Assembly (NCBI GenBank): GCA_002269645.1
Contig: NIVC01003274.1
Coordinates: 113,590 to 177,589 of the forward strand
From: Macrostomum lignano
Taxonomy: Eukaryota
Reading direction: 5' to 3'
Length of the DNA: 64,000 nt
Program-made: the position numbers and the translations under genes
Shown here: piece by piece, positions 1 through 16,858 of the stretch
Position numbering within the stretch: the first letter of the stretch is position 1
Layout of the letters: every line of letters begins with the position of its first letter
The notes under the pieces: generated by a model
What the model saw: the letters and a program-made list of their open reading frames with translations, nothing else
Databases searched by the model: none
What the model was told of the DNA's origin: nothing

Positions 1-17
1 CTAGGCAGACTGCCTTT

Positions 18-307
18 ATTGCATACTCAGCATCAACACTGAAAAGTCGCCACTCTATGCGCCAGTGAGCAATTTCTCTTGGACTGTTCTGAAATAAAAG
101 ATGCGAGAAAACTGATCGGGGTAGCTTTAATCCGTCCAACCCTCGCACACCGCTACCCCGACTTCATTCCTCAACTCGAGTCTGCCGCGGTGTAGCTGAG
201 TTGCGTCACTCGCAAAGATTGAGAAACTTTACCTGCACTCCCAAAAGTGGCGACCACAGACGGAGTCTTCTGTGATGGCGACTTTTCGATGTTGCTGAGC
301 ATACAAT
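18..307. mobile_element. Degenerate MITE-like element with imperfect ~33-bp terminal inverted repeats
   Basis: 18-52 ATTGCATACTCAGCATCAACACTGAAAAGTCGCCA matches the reverse complement of 276-307 (ATTGTATGCTCAGCAACATCGAAAAGTCGCCA). No TSD recognised. Confidence 0.45.
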
Positions 308-918
308 ATCCAAACAAGAATTCAGTACCGGGGTCTCACTAGGAAATCGCCCAGACTCCATCATCTCGAGAGTGCGTTTTAGTTCTTAATTTGTTAGTTT
401 CAGTTATTTGTACTCATTCAATGTGTGCTGAGCTGCAGGAAAGGTGCGACTTGCGTTCCAATTATTCTTAGAAAAGGTACTTCTGGTGCGCCCAATCCTC
501 GAAGTACGATTATGTAAAGATGTACAAGCAAATGCCAATGATTTAGTCAGTTGAATCACTCTGGATCTCAAAATCCGCTCTAGACAACATCTGCTCCATC
601 TGGAAAATAAATCATGGCCAATGCGACAGCTAAATAGTTCCAACTTCGAGTACAAGTAGTGCATAGCTTACCTGTTCACAGTTTCTTACTGCATAGTCGA
701 TGTCTGTATTGTAAATATAAAATTAGAGAGACTATATATCCACGAGACTTCTATATGACGTGCAAAGAGCATATTTCTGATCTTGGTAATTACTCGTAGA
801 TCGTTGAATTACCATCAAGCTAAGTTAAGGGGTCTCTTGCAAAACTGCAGGGAGCAGTAATTCTATCTATGTGTAGCTCAGCACATTCACTTGAGTTGTT
901 TGAATCGCCCATTTGCAG

Positions 919-4825
<3,907 letters not shown>

Positions 4826-5538
4826 ACTATTTCTATTGTCAATCGCATTCAAGTACCGCCTCTGCATAGGTAATTCTGCAAACTTAGTTTTTTTGATTTA
4901 GATAAAACTCAAAAACTCTAAGTACTTCAGATTAATAATGATGCCTAGTAAAAGGCTGAAATGATTTGTGTTTTATTAACGTATTGATTTTCAGTTTAGT
5001 GCTAATCATATTTACTATCGATATTATTCATGTATATAAATTGAGTATAAGCCAGTCGGTGTTTATCATTATTTTTTAACTAAACACACAAATTGATCAA
5101 TTCATTTTTACAGTGTAAACGGGTTCAATTTTTTTATTAGCATGAGACATTTTAAAACACTGAGAGGAGCTATTTACTACCTACCAGGCAGATGCTTGGC
5201 TTGAAGTAAATCCTGATTTCTGCGTCAGCTGCTTTGGCTATTACAGAATACAGAGTCACAGAGTAATAAATAAGCCAAACTGACTAAATTCAAATGTAAG
5301 GATTCAAAACATTCACATAAATGCTTAAAATAGCCTTAGTAAAAACAGTCCATTTTTCAGGGACATTAACTGTAGCAGCAGTTCAAGGCAATCGTCGGAG
5401 AGGCGGCATATTGATGTAAACAAAGCAGGCAGTCATAAAATCTTCAAGTCCAAGCTGCATCCATCGCACACTGCGTAAAACTTTTAAGTAAAAATCGACA
5501 TTAGCGAAAGCTTTCTTTAGCTAAATATTAGATTTTCA

Positions 5539-8500
5539 ATGAAGGATTTTTACAAATTGCTGCAGTTGTTGCTGCTATGCAACACGAGATTCACCGCCAG
5601 CAACCCAGACTGCTCCTCCACGAGTCAAGCCGGTGAGGCCAGCGAATTTAGCACGTAAAATGCATATCAACTCCAGCTAACACAGAGATTGAAAGTAAGC
5701 ACTATCTACTCTTTTCCAGTGACAGTGCAGCTGAGCAGGGCTGACGTTCTGCGCACCTGGCAACCCAGCGGTGCGCACTGCCGTTGGTGGGAGAGTCGAC
5801 AGTCAGAGACAAACCGATTCCCTGCTGCTGTGCGGTCCGGGCCTCGGTGGCTTGTGATGCAGCTGACGCAGCCGATGATGCTGGAGGCGGTGAGCGTGCG
5901 AGACTGGGGTGAGTGACGCTGACCGACTCATTCTCATGATGCATGATGAGGCAGAGGGAGCCTTGGACCCAAAGTGTGAGACAGTGTGATGCTAGCATCT
6001 AATTAGCACTCTGAGACAGTGTGAGACCAGCTAGTATCTAATTAGCACTCTGAGACAGTGTGAGACCAGCTAGCATCTAATTAGCACTCTGAGACAGTGT
6101 GAGACCAGCTAGCATCTAATTAGCACTCTGAGACAGTGTGAGACCAGCTAGCATCTAATTAGCACTCTGAGACGGTGTGAGACCAGCTAGCATCTAATCA
6201 GCACTCTGAGACAGTGTGAGACCAGCTAGCATCTAATTAGCACTCTGAGACAGTGTGAGACCAGCTAGCATCTAATTAGCACTCTGAGACAGTGTGAGAC
6301 CAGCTAGCATCTAATTAGCATCTAATTAGCACTCTGAGACAGTGTGAGACCAGCTAGCATCTAATTAGCATCTAATTAGCACTCTGAGACAGTGTAAGAC
6401 CAGCTAGCATCTAATTAGCACTCTGAGACACTATGATACCAGCTAGCATCTAATAAGCACTCTGAGACAGTGTGAGACCAGCTAGCATCTAATTAGCACT
6501 CTGAGACAGTGTGAGACCAGCTAGCATCTAATTAGCACTCTGAGACAGTGTGAGACCAGCTAGCATCTAATTAGCACTCTGAGACAGTGTAAGACAAGCT
6601 AGCATCTAATTAGCACTCTGAGACAGTGTGAGACCAGCTAGTATCTAATTAGCACTCTGAGACAGTGTGAGACCAGCTAGCATCTAATTAGCACTCTGAG
6701 ACAGTGTGAGACCAGCTAGCATCTAATTAGCACTCTGAGACAGTGTGAGACCAGCTAGCATGTAATTAGCACTCTGAGACAGTGTGAGACCAGCTAGCAT
6801 CTAATTAGCACTCTGAGACAGTGTGAGACCAGCTAGCATCTAATTAGCACTCTGAGACAGTGTGAGACCAGCTAGCATCTAATTAGCACTCTGAGACAGT
6901 GTGAGACCAGCTAGCATCTAATTAGCACTCTGAGACAGTGTGAGACCAGCTAGCAGCCAAGCACTCGTGTTGCAGATGGCCAGTGGCACGCAGCAGCTCC
7001 AGTCGGCTCGCCTGTGTCAGCGGTCGGAGCCTCGAGCCTCCCGCTGGAGCTGCAGCTGGAGGATCCGTGCCGCGCCAGCTGGGAGGCCTTCGGCAGCAGC
7101 GACCGCTGGAGGCAGATTGGGGTGAACGGAGTAGATCAAGTAAGCTGCTTCATTTGAATTATCTTATCATAATAATGAAATTAATAAATCCATCCATTTC
7201 ACACTTCAGCCCGTAGTTCGTTTCCTTGTGCTAAGTAGCTTGAGAACTGCTGGACTTAGCTGGAGGGCCGTCTCATTAACAGGTTCCAAAGAGACTTTTA
7301 AATTTTATGAAGTTATCACTGAATCATAGCTTATTGTGAATTAAGTGCTTTAGAAGCAGGTGCAATTTTTCTTGTAGGTCGCTTTCTACCGCTGAGCCTC
7401 ACAGTAACTGACAACCGTTTTTGCCCTCTGAGAGACCTGTCCGCCTTGCACGATGGAGTTGAAGCCTGCTTCTCTGTTTCAAGATGTACCAGCGAATCAA
7501 TTCAATGCTTCTTTAACCTAAGCAATGGCGCAACTCTGGAGCCGAGACTGGTCTGCTCAACTCTTCTTTATAGCGTGCTATCAATACTTCTTCTTGCACT
7601 GACTTGATACAAAATTCGCTTTTTCAGCTACGAAGCCAAAAGCAGCAAGCTGAATTCGAGTTCACAGCCAATTTCTCGCTGCACGGAGCACTGCTCACCT
7701 GTCTTCTGCCTGATCGGCCAGGGATTCGAATCGAGCAGACCATTGGAATCGTTGGTGAGAAAGAAGTGTCTGCCTGAGTTAAAAAATGTATTTTAAGTCC
7801 GCTTTGAAGATTACAAAGCGAAACATGCACTTTTCAGTCACACCAAGTGTTGAACTGTCGTTATCAACCGTGTGGGTGATTGGTCGCAGAGCCAAGGTGC
7901 ACTTTTTCTCAAGCCCAGCTTATCCTCCTCAGCAGCACAGGTGCCAAATTATCTCTGGCAGCAGCACCTGGGAACTGAATGAGCATTTTAGTAAGGTAAG
8001 TAGTATTATATTATTGTTGAAAATGCTGTACCTTGCCCAATCATGTACTTTTCCATGAAATAAACTTCCAGACTAGACAGGCTTATATCAGGAACAGCAT
8101 CAACATGTCGCTAACTGAAGTAAAGTCTGAATTTGTTGTCACAGTCACGTCAGACATGCTGAATGGCACCGTGAGATGCAGTAGCAGCTATAAAAGTACA
8201 AGTCAAGGAGAAGTCATGAAAGATATCGTTATTTCAAGCATCAGCGGTAAGTGCTTGCATTAGAGAATCTCCTATACGCCCGATTGGAAGAGCCATAAAA
8301 TCTCCTCATTTCAGAGCCTTGCACAACTGCCATTCATGTAGACAACATCCAGTACTCGTATCAGGTTGTACAAGTGACGTCACTGAAGTGCAGCATTTGG
8401 AATGTTCAGCACAGCTGCTGGCTTGTCAAGCCCAAAGAAGATGTCCTGGAGCATCTAATTAAGCTTGCTGTACGGTTCTTTGATTTTGTAATAATGCTTT

Positions 8501-10902
8501 TTATTCAGAAGTTACTGCAACAATATCTGATGTCTTCTATTGCAGCAAGACGGCTTCAGCAGCACTCACAGGTTGAATATTATGAAACAAGAGCAGAAAA
8601 GAGACTGGCTAGTGAGATGCAGCGTTAATCAGTCGGGAGTGACATACCCGGATGTGGAAATTGAGTTAGCAAGCGATGATGACAGTGAGTCAAACGATGC
8701 ATTCAATCACTTTTAATTGTTCCAATGCAAGTTCAAAGGTTTTTTACCACTTGAATCTACACTACACGTAGCTACATTTGTACTCGTATTAATACGAGCG
8801 TAATGCAAGAGACCTGCGAGCACCCCGACGCTACGTCTTGGGCGACCTTGTCCCGCAATCAGCTGCCCGTTCCGCTCACTCCTGATCACATACGAGCGTA
8901 CGAGCGCCTCAATACTGCACACAGGCACGCACTCATACGCACGCTCCCACAGGGTGTACAGCGGCCCTGACTTTCTAAGCCTCAGGCATGTACCTCTCTG
9001 TGCCTTAAGGGCTGGTCCTCATGAGCACTGAGCACGTTTGCTCTACCCACCTCCAGAATAAAAACAACTGAGCGTTTTTAATCTAATAAACTGTACTCGT
9101 TCGTATTCTGTTGGCTGCCATTGAAGCGACTTTTGATAACAGTCAACCCACAGCCAGCGTGGAGTCGACCCAAATTAATTGGTCATTCCACATGTCAGCA
9201 CTCGAGAGTGCTTACTTAAACAACTATTCTTAATCGTTAAATTTTCAGGTAGTGTATCTTCATTTGCTTATTACCCCTCGTAACTTTGAGGTTGTAACTG
9301 TTGCGAGCCTGTGTTCGATTTGTAACTACTCTGCCACTTATCAACCCAACTGTCTTCAGCTTTCTACTATCAGTGGGGACTGAGTTGCATAATTTTGCTG
9401 ATTTTATCTGCCCTCGGCCTCATCCTGAGCTGCATGATTATTCGAAGAATTCGCCGCGCTAAATCAGCAAAGCCAAACTCGACTTCAAGTAGAAGTTCGA
9501 CATTCCCAGGACGACGTACCCTCCTCTCGAGTGCGGCCACCTCGCCGCAGGCACAGGTAGGGCTAGCCACAGATTTAGTTTGTACATTAAAACACGCATG
9601 TAAGTGTCAAATACTGGTGTTTTGATGAAGAATAGCTGTAAACTTAAAAGAAAATTCTAGCTACCAGGGGTTGTTTTGGCTATTCGCTCAAGCACTTTTG
9701 CTTCTGGCTTTTGCCTGAAACTGAAGCTCTTTCTTAGATTAGCGTGGACACAGATTGCCTGGTAAATAGCGCTGCTTATCTGATCAGATTTATGTGTGCA
9801 CAAATGCAAACTACTAATTAGAACTTCCCTCAGCCTGAACCGCAATATTACCTAAGTCCATATGACTGTAAAATCCAGCAGTGAATTCCGGTGCATCTAA
9901 TATCTGCTTTGTTACAGCTATATTTATTTTTGTTTCTTTAAAGGTTCAATTCCCATTCTAAATAGTAATATAGTAGAGATACTCGTATTCTGTTGAGTTT
10001 GTGAAATGAGTTGCGATTGCTTTCACTCAAGCGTGCTATGGCCTGTACGAGCACGGGTATTGTATGAAGCCGTAGCCCATTGGTCAATCATGGATGAATA
10101 AAACCATGGGTCTAGTGCGGCGCTCTGATGTGTCAGCGGCCCAGGCTCGATTCCAAGTGCAGTCACAATAATTCGGAGCTAAATTGGAATCTCGGCTTGG
10201 CTCTGCTCGTGCAAGTAACGCCCCTGATCAGGGCCAACCCCCAAAACACAGTGAAGTGTACATGCCTAACGATAGATAAAGTTAGGGCTGCTGTACACTC
10301 CTGTGTGAGTGAGTGCCTGTGCGTTTGACTGCGTACGTATCTGAGCGCTTGTGTGCATGCAGCTCAGGGGAGTCGGCGGAATGGGCAGTAATGCCTCTCG
10401 CCGGTTGTGTGACAATGTCGTCTAAAGTGCACCATGGGTGCAAACAGCTCCTTGCCTGTAACAAAAAAATGGCCCTTATATTCCGTAGCCCAGAATCATG
10501 AGCAGGCTGAACTGCTAGATAGACAAGGAAAAAGCTGGCGTGATCAAAGTAATCTGTTAAATTTCTCGCCTCTAAGGCCTACTAAAGTATCATGTTAAAA
10601 TTCTTCGAAAGAAATGACTCTGAATAACATAAATCAATCGTTTCCACCCCCAGCGAGCGGCACCACAGCTCAATCATCATCAGGTTGATTCCTCGCAGTC
10701 AGTGAGCAGAGGCGGTCCACCACCTGCAGAAAGCAGCTGCCGCGGCTATGAAAGCCAGCCAACCAGCAGTCAGGAGATCGACCCAGTGTACGAAGAAGTA
10801 TCTTTGTGTGTCTACAGGCCGGTGCACCCTCTGCCGCGGTACCCACGGCAGTTCTCAGAAAAAAATTGTCGACACGCCTACTATTCCAGTCGGTTTGATT
10901 GA
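5539..10902 (+). CDS. Family B copy B1: type I membrane receptor (signal peptide, discoidin/F5-8-like domain, Ig-like domains, TM, Tyr-containing tail)
   Basis: Exons 5539-5632 (MKDFYKLLQLLLLC), 5720-5908 (PRWLVMQLTQPMMLEAVSV), 6976-7139, an unresolved exon near 7378, 7838-7995, 8072-8246 (SEFVVTVTSDMLNGTVRC), 8315-8469 (CSIWNVQHSCW), 8546-8684 (RLNI..WLVRCSVNQ), 9360-9556 (TM WGLSCIILLILSALGLILSCMII then RRIRR) and 10654-10902 (DPVYEEV). Domain names are inferred from motif spacing. Confidence 0.7.
5979..6955. repeat. 39-bp minisatellite (~25 copies) in B1 intron 2
   Basis: Unit CTCTGAGACAGTGTGAGACCAGCTAGCATCTAATTAGCA, head-to-tail with no spacers. Confidence 0.95.
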
Positions 10903-11344
10903 GACTCTTGAGCACACTCTGTAGGAACCATTAAATGGAATGCACTGCAAACGGAACTACGAGTATGTTCAGTAATCATTCTGATTCTACAAAAGTAGGG
11001 ATTGCTTCATCACTTTTATTGGTAGCTATTTGTGTTACTAATATTATCATTATTAAATGCGACACACCCAGTGTTTTGAGTTTTATTTTTTACGATATTA
11101 TTTCAGGCAACCTTACATACACAGCGAAATAAGAAATTAGAAAAAAGCTTGTGCGTAACGTTTTTGGCGCAATTCAGAACTTAAATAGAATCTCATATGC
11201 GCAAACAAATTATTCGAGATTCTTTTCGGTACCGATATGAAGCCTCACCGCAGTTGCATTCTGGCCTGCGTCATGCCTTTGATGTATTTTTGGGATTTCC
11301 ATTATAAGAAGGACCAGATAGAGAATCTAGCGCATGACTGCGGC

Positions 11345-11518
11345 GAGAGAGGAGATGCAAGAGAGAAGAGAGGAGAGAGAGTAGAGGAGAGAGAGTAGAG
11401 GAGAGAGAGTATAGGAGAGAGAGTAGAGGAGAGAGAGTAGAGGAGAGAGAGTAGAGGAGAGAGAGTAGAGGAGAGAGAGTAGCGGAGAGAAGAGAGGAGA
11501 GAAGGGAGCTGAGAAGAG
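11345..11518. repeat. Purine-rich 14-bp tandem repeat (GAGGAGAGAGAGTA)n
   Basis: Seen directly in the sequence. Confidence 0.9.
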
Positions 11519-12402
11519 ACACAAGCCTTGTGCGGACTGGATTGCTATTTTGATGTTTCAAAGGACCCTGATGTCTTGATAGAGAGACTTTGCAGGCCGC
11601 ATGTGACTCAGGGGGCCGGATTTTTTCGACTCCTAGTTGTTCTATAGAGTAATTAGATAGAAAATATCCTCTGTTTTTTAAACTCGAAACTATATCTCAG
11701 ATTTTCCGTTTAAGCTCATCACGGGAAGGAAATATAAAAGCTCCAACTGCACTTGAGAAACAGGGAGTGAACTTTACTTTCTCCCACCACATGGCACTTT
11801 GGGCAGGTCTTATTCTCGTATGGGAGAGGATGTTTTGACTCGCAGTTGTCATTGTTTCGCAGACCAGTTTATGGTTTGTAACAGCTAGGTTGCGCCAGAA
11901 TTCTGGATTGTAAATTTCTAGAAAATATTGTACCTTTATGCAGTTGAGTAGTACCATTTGAAGCTTTAGTAAAAGTGACTTTGCAGAGTTCTCTACTCTT
12001 TAATTGTCTCCAGTGTCTCGCGAATTCCAGTTCAAAAGTTTCGCATCATTTCGCTGTTCATTTCAGTTTTAAAGCCAACCTCACTGTTAGCGATTTGCTA
12101 GAGAGACCCGGTACTGAATAATTCTCTCCTCAATATTTCATATTAAAGAGTCTGCCCAGCTCTGAACGGCCTCAGCTACTGTCAGTATTATGGCTAACTT
12201 GTCAAATTGCCTAGCAAGATCTGAAATTCATCCATTTAGTTCAACTTCCGTCGGTCCAAGTGTCCCCACGTCGTCGAAGGCTAAGAGGAAATTATGACAT
12301 AAAATTTTGATTCCGGAAATTTGAGATGCCAGAAAACATCACACAGGCCCATTGAACATTAATATAATTGGTTTCATGTTCTGCAGCTATAGTGTTAGCC
12401 TA

Positions 12403-12605
12403 GGGGGGTGTAGCCTAGTGATTAGAGTTTCAGACTCACGACTGCAAGGTCGGGGGGTTCGATTCCCGATTATACTAGAACAACTGGTGTTCTTGAACAT
12501 GACACTTAACTCTATATTGCTTCAGTTCACCCAGCTGTAAAATGGATGCCAGCATTAGCTGGGTGATTGAGGGTGTGTGTGGCGACCCCCCAGTCCTTGG
12601 ACTGA
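12403..12605 (+). mobile_element. tRNA-derived SINE with CORE/Meta-type central domain (3'-truncated)
   Basis: A-box-like TAGCCTAGTG and B-box GGTTCGATTCCC, then GACACTTAACTC..CCCAGCTGTAAAATGG. Related copies at 33735, 46481 and 54679. Confidence 0.8.
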
Positions 12606-13102
12606 TCTTTATGTACGTAAATGGGTCTAGAAACAACTTCTTGTTCGTATAAATTATTATTTGCTATTAGTACTTTTGATTTAAGATAAAGAGTTACATT
12701 TTAATAGTCCTAAAAGAACTTCCAAGATCGTATTATCAAAATTAAATACAAAGCTTCTCTGACGCACCTGCAATTGGCTCCAATACTCTCTGAAAGCGCA
12801 ACAGCGATTTTAATCAAATTTAAGACCAAAACCGAAATGTGACATGTCTTGTCAAAGCGTACACCCAGAGATTCGGTTCGTCTCTAATGCCTCGATGCTG
12901 CTTCCGAATGAACGGTTGCTTAACGGACTGTGCCAATCTGTGTCACAAACAGGAGAATCTGTGAAGACAAGAAACACTGAACTTCGCTAGCTCCAGGTAA
13001 ATTTAAGGCTTAAAAAGATTCTACAATTACAAAATTATTAACAGCTGAAAAATATAACTCAACAAGCCAGTTTGCTCAACAAGAAACGAAAACGAATACC
13101 AG

Positions 13103-16100
13103 ATGGAGCACGATCTTGGATTCATTCTGCTGCTGTTGCTGCTGAGCTCAAAACTTGCATGCAACGCTCAGGTCTGCACTGATGCAAGTCACCGGGGTCA
13201 GTCGAGTTACTCACTGCCTTTTGATACTTTTTTTTCATGCCTCATACGAGTGAAATTGAGCGAATCTTTTGCGATAAATATTTCAGTGACAGTGCAGCTG
13301 AGCAGGGCTGACGTCCTGCGCACCTGGCAACCCAGCGGTGCGCACTGCCGTTGGTGGGAGAGTCGGCAGTCAGAGACAAACCGATTCCCTGCTGCTGTGC
13401 GGTCCGGGCCTCGGTGGCTTGTGATGCAGCTGAGGCAGCCGATGATGCTGGAGGCAGTGAGCGTACGAGACTGGGGTGAGTGACGCTGACCGACTCATTC
13501 TCATGATGCAGGATGAGGCAGATCAGGGAGATTAAGACACAGTGTGAGACAGTGAGACCAGCTAGCAATTAGCACTCTGAGATAGTGTGAGACCAGCTAG
13601 CATCTAATTAGCACTCTGAGACAGTGTGAGACCAGCTAGCATCTAATTAGCACTCTGAGACAGTGTGAGACCAGCTAGCATCTAATTAGCACTCTGAGAC
13701 AGTGTGAGACCAGCTAGCATCTAATTAGCACTCTGAGACAGTGTGAGACCAGCTAGCAGCCAAGCACTCGTGTTGCAGATGGCCAGTGGCTCGCAGCAGC
13801 TCCGGTCGGCTCGCCCGTGTCAGTGGTCGGAGCCTCGAGCCTCCCGCTGGAGCTGCAACTGGAGGATCCGTGCCGCCCCAGCTGGGAGGCCTTCGGCAGC
13901 AGCGACCGCTGGAGGCAGGTCAAACCTGGCGAAGCGGTAATGCAGGTGCAGCAAATGTTTGATTTTATTGCCGCCTCAAGCTAATCACGTTTCACTCCAG
14001 GTTCTGACAACGTTCATCTGGCTACTCAGCGAGAGTTCGCTTGCTTGGCAGGCCATAAACATCTCAGGAAAGTTCGCTTATTTCAATTTTTTATTTCATT
14101 CACACTGCTATCTATTGGCAATAAATATTTTCAGGCTGCCATGTCATGATGCGCATCAACATGAGCCTGTCCAGTCACCTGCTCTTCCATCGGCTCGGCC
14201 TCTTCGTCAGCGAAGAAGTTCAACAGTCGAGTTCTCCGATCAACTTCTTTGTAGACAGCTGCAGCTTCGGCAAGGCGGCCTGCTGGCTGTCCGATTCTTC
14301 TGGCAGAGATGTCAACGATGTAACTTCCTATCGAATTCGAATGCATTGCGTACGCATTTCCAGGAAATGAACTTTGATTATTGATTTTCAATTTCAGAGC
14401 CAGTCAAAAAAATCGACAACAAGAACAGAACACTCGTCAGAGTGCGCTCAGAGTTCGGCTTTAATGTATCGATAACTGATAGAAATGCCGACATCGTGTG
14501 CAAAGGAACTGCTGAATCAGAAAGGAAGGAAACTGCTTGGAATGGAATAATTTCAGAAATCAGTGGTATGCATATCATAACCCTTGGAGAAAATATGATA
14601 ATGGCGCAAAAAAGAATACAAAATTTAACAGGATTTTTTGTTTATTCGCTGACATTCTTGAGAACCTGGCCTACTCCGTGTGGTCCTCATTGGCTCCTAA
14701 AGTCCTCTTGACCACCCTGACAAGTCTGAACATAAGTATGTATCATCAGTCTGTGCTTCATCTTTCAGAGCCCTGCGAGACAGCCGTAGACTTGGGACCA
14801 GAGAAATTCTGGCTGGCGGGGCAGACCAAGCTGGTTCAGGTGATCTCTAAGCGCTGCAGCATCTGGAATGTGAGCCACAGCTGCTGGCTGAAACTGAATG
14901 CTGACGCTGCAGTCAACACGCCGCTTCAGAAAGTGCAAGTGAGTAAAACGCACCTTTGGTAAATTATTAATGAACAAACTTCATTCAGGTCTAGAATATT
15001 TCAGCTGTCTTCACGTGTGCACCAATTTCGAATACAGCAGGGTGAGTTCAACAGCACCCACGAGCTTCGAGTAATCGAGACGATGGCCCGTCAGAATTGG
15101 CAGGTTTTGTGCAGCGTCAATCAGTCTGGAGTTGAGCACATTGACTCAGAGAGCAGTCTGAGCAGTGCACCAGCTGTTTTTAGTGAGTCACTTTAGCCGC
15201 TTCAATTTGATGTTGCTATTTAATTGATTGAAAAAAAATCAAATGCCGAATATTTCCTGTCATTGGAACAATCTCAAGGTGAAGCCAGCAAGTCAACGAT
15301 TGAACTCTCGTTAGCCTACGACAATAACAGCCAGTCTGAAGTTCACGTGCATGAAGTTGATCAAAATGAAAACCAAAACACATTACTTCCGGTCTACAGC
15401 ATCAACTGCTCAGTTGCGGGAGATGAGGCATCGACGGAGCTGAGCAAAATCAGCAGCACTGAGTGGCATGGCTTACTGAAACTGAGATGGAACCGCTCAT
15501 CTGTGAACGTCTGCTGCTCCAGTTACCAAACCTACACTGAATTGACTGTCTTTAAGTCTCTGCAGTGCAAATCTTTAAACCAACAGCCCGTTGGTAAAGA
15601 CGGTGAGCATACGTTTTTTACTAGTAATCTACAGTCATAATTATTAACTGATGAGCAGCATTTTATGAGATTCTAATAGACTTTCTTAGCTCTGTTAATA
15701 GCCAGCCTTCATACCGGTAGGATTTAAAAAATGGAATGTCTGGTTCTTTTAACAGAGTCGTCTTAGATTGAAGCAGGAAATTCTCAACCGGAAATAATTA
15801 GAATATGTTATCATGACTTAAATGCAATACACTCGTGGGGCACAATACTTCGTTGACGATTTGCAGCTCATAGCGACGATCGCTTGACAATGTTTTTCTC
15901 GCTTCTATTGGCTTCTGTACTGGCTTCACTAGTTGTGGGCTTTCTTCTGTCTGCAATATACCACAAATTTGATATACTTTTTACTTGCGAGAGAAATTCG
16001 GTGAGTCATATAGAAGCATGAAATTCAATTTTAAGTCTGCCCCCAAGGGTTCCACGTCACCATTCGTACCATTTTTGTACTATGCTCAAACATAACCCAT

Positions 16101-16432
16101 GTATAGTTCAATTTCCTTAGTATGTGTTCTTAGTGCTTCGACAATGACATGGTAATTTTTAATTGATACTTCGGGAACGGATGTATTTTCAGTCACGGAG
16201 AGGTCACGCTGGACAATGTCCAAGTCAGCACAATGCAGGTCAGGCCGTCCCAATGCGAATACGGAACAACTTCGCAGTCCAAAATGACTCACGCGGCAGC
16301 AGTGAATACGACTACCCAATCACTGAGCAGTCAGGGAGCTACGAAAATGAGCAGTTGGGTCACGAAGGTGCCTACACGCAGGTGCTGCTGGCTCCTTTAC
16401 AGGGATTACTGAATGAAGGTCAATCAGACTGA
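13103..16432 (+). CDS. Family B copy B2: type I membrane receptor (discoidin-like + Ig-like domains, TM, Tyr-rich tail)
   Basis: Exons 13103-13196 (MEHDLGFILLLLLLSS), 13287-13475, 13779-~13955, ~14135-14340, 14398-14565, 14769-14938 (CSIWNVSHSCW), 15041-15182 (STHELRV..WQVLCSVNQ), an extra exon 15279-15602, TM exon 15867-16000 (MFFSLLLASVLASLVVGFLLSAIY) and tail 16193-16432 (YDYP, YEN, YTQV). Some middle junctions are unresolved. Confidence 0.7.
13537..13760. repeat. Same 39-bp minisatellite (~5-6 copies) in B2 intron 2
   Basis: Same unit as 5979-6955, at the same intron position. Confidence 0.93.
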
Positions 16433-16858
16433 AAATACTACTTGAGTCAGTAGAGTATTCCAGTAAGAACTCGAGAGGCTGTGGGATAGATTTTGACATT
16501 GTTGCTTGCCGAGTGCACCAGTGTCAAATATTCAGCCATGCGAGTCATAATTAAACACTTCAAACCGAATCTGACTTGGCCACAAATCGGTAATTCTTGT
16601 TTTGTTTGAAGAACGCCAAGTCAATGAATTATGGTAGTTTGAAATTAAGCTATATTTTAGCGGCAGCGCGCTCCTAGGGTCTTGTGCTCCTAAATGAAAA
16701 GATTCGAAGCTTAGCAAACAAAGGAGAGTACCGTATCGCGTCGCATAAACCATAGACTATTTTCGAAGTAAAAGTCTATACTTTGCAGTAGTCATAGCAA
16801 TACGCAACACCCCCACCGATGCTTATACAGTGCAGTTCAAAGTTACGCCTCAAGCAAT

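Noticed and set aside
5979-6955. 39-bp repeat array as a possible CRISPR
   Set aside because: The units are contiguous with no unique spacers, there are no cas genes, and the context is a eukaryotic intron. The same applies to the 28-, 30- and 32-bp arrays.
8718-9141. Possible solo LTR (TGTT..AACA, AATAAA) in a B1 intron
   Set aside because: No target-site duplication and no second copy in the window, so it cannot be supported.
9991-10462. Second possible solo LTR (TGTTG..TGTAACA)
   Set aside because: No TSD, PBS or PPT, and no matching copy.
12403-12475. tRNA gene (also 33735-33805)
   Set aside because: A and B boxes are present, but I could not fold a full cloverleaf, and the sequence runs into a SINE body repeated elsewhere.
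10810-16400. Strict ITIM/ITAM calls for the family B tails
   Set aside because: PVYEEV and GAYTQV lack the S/I/V/L at position -2, and no YxxL-x6-8-YxxL pair is present; they are reported only as generic Tyr motifs.
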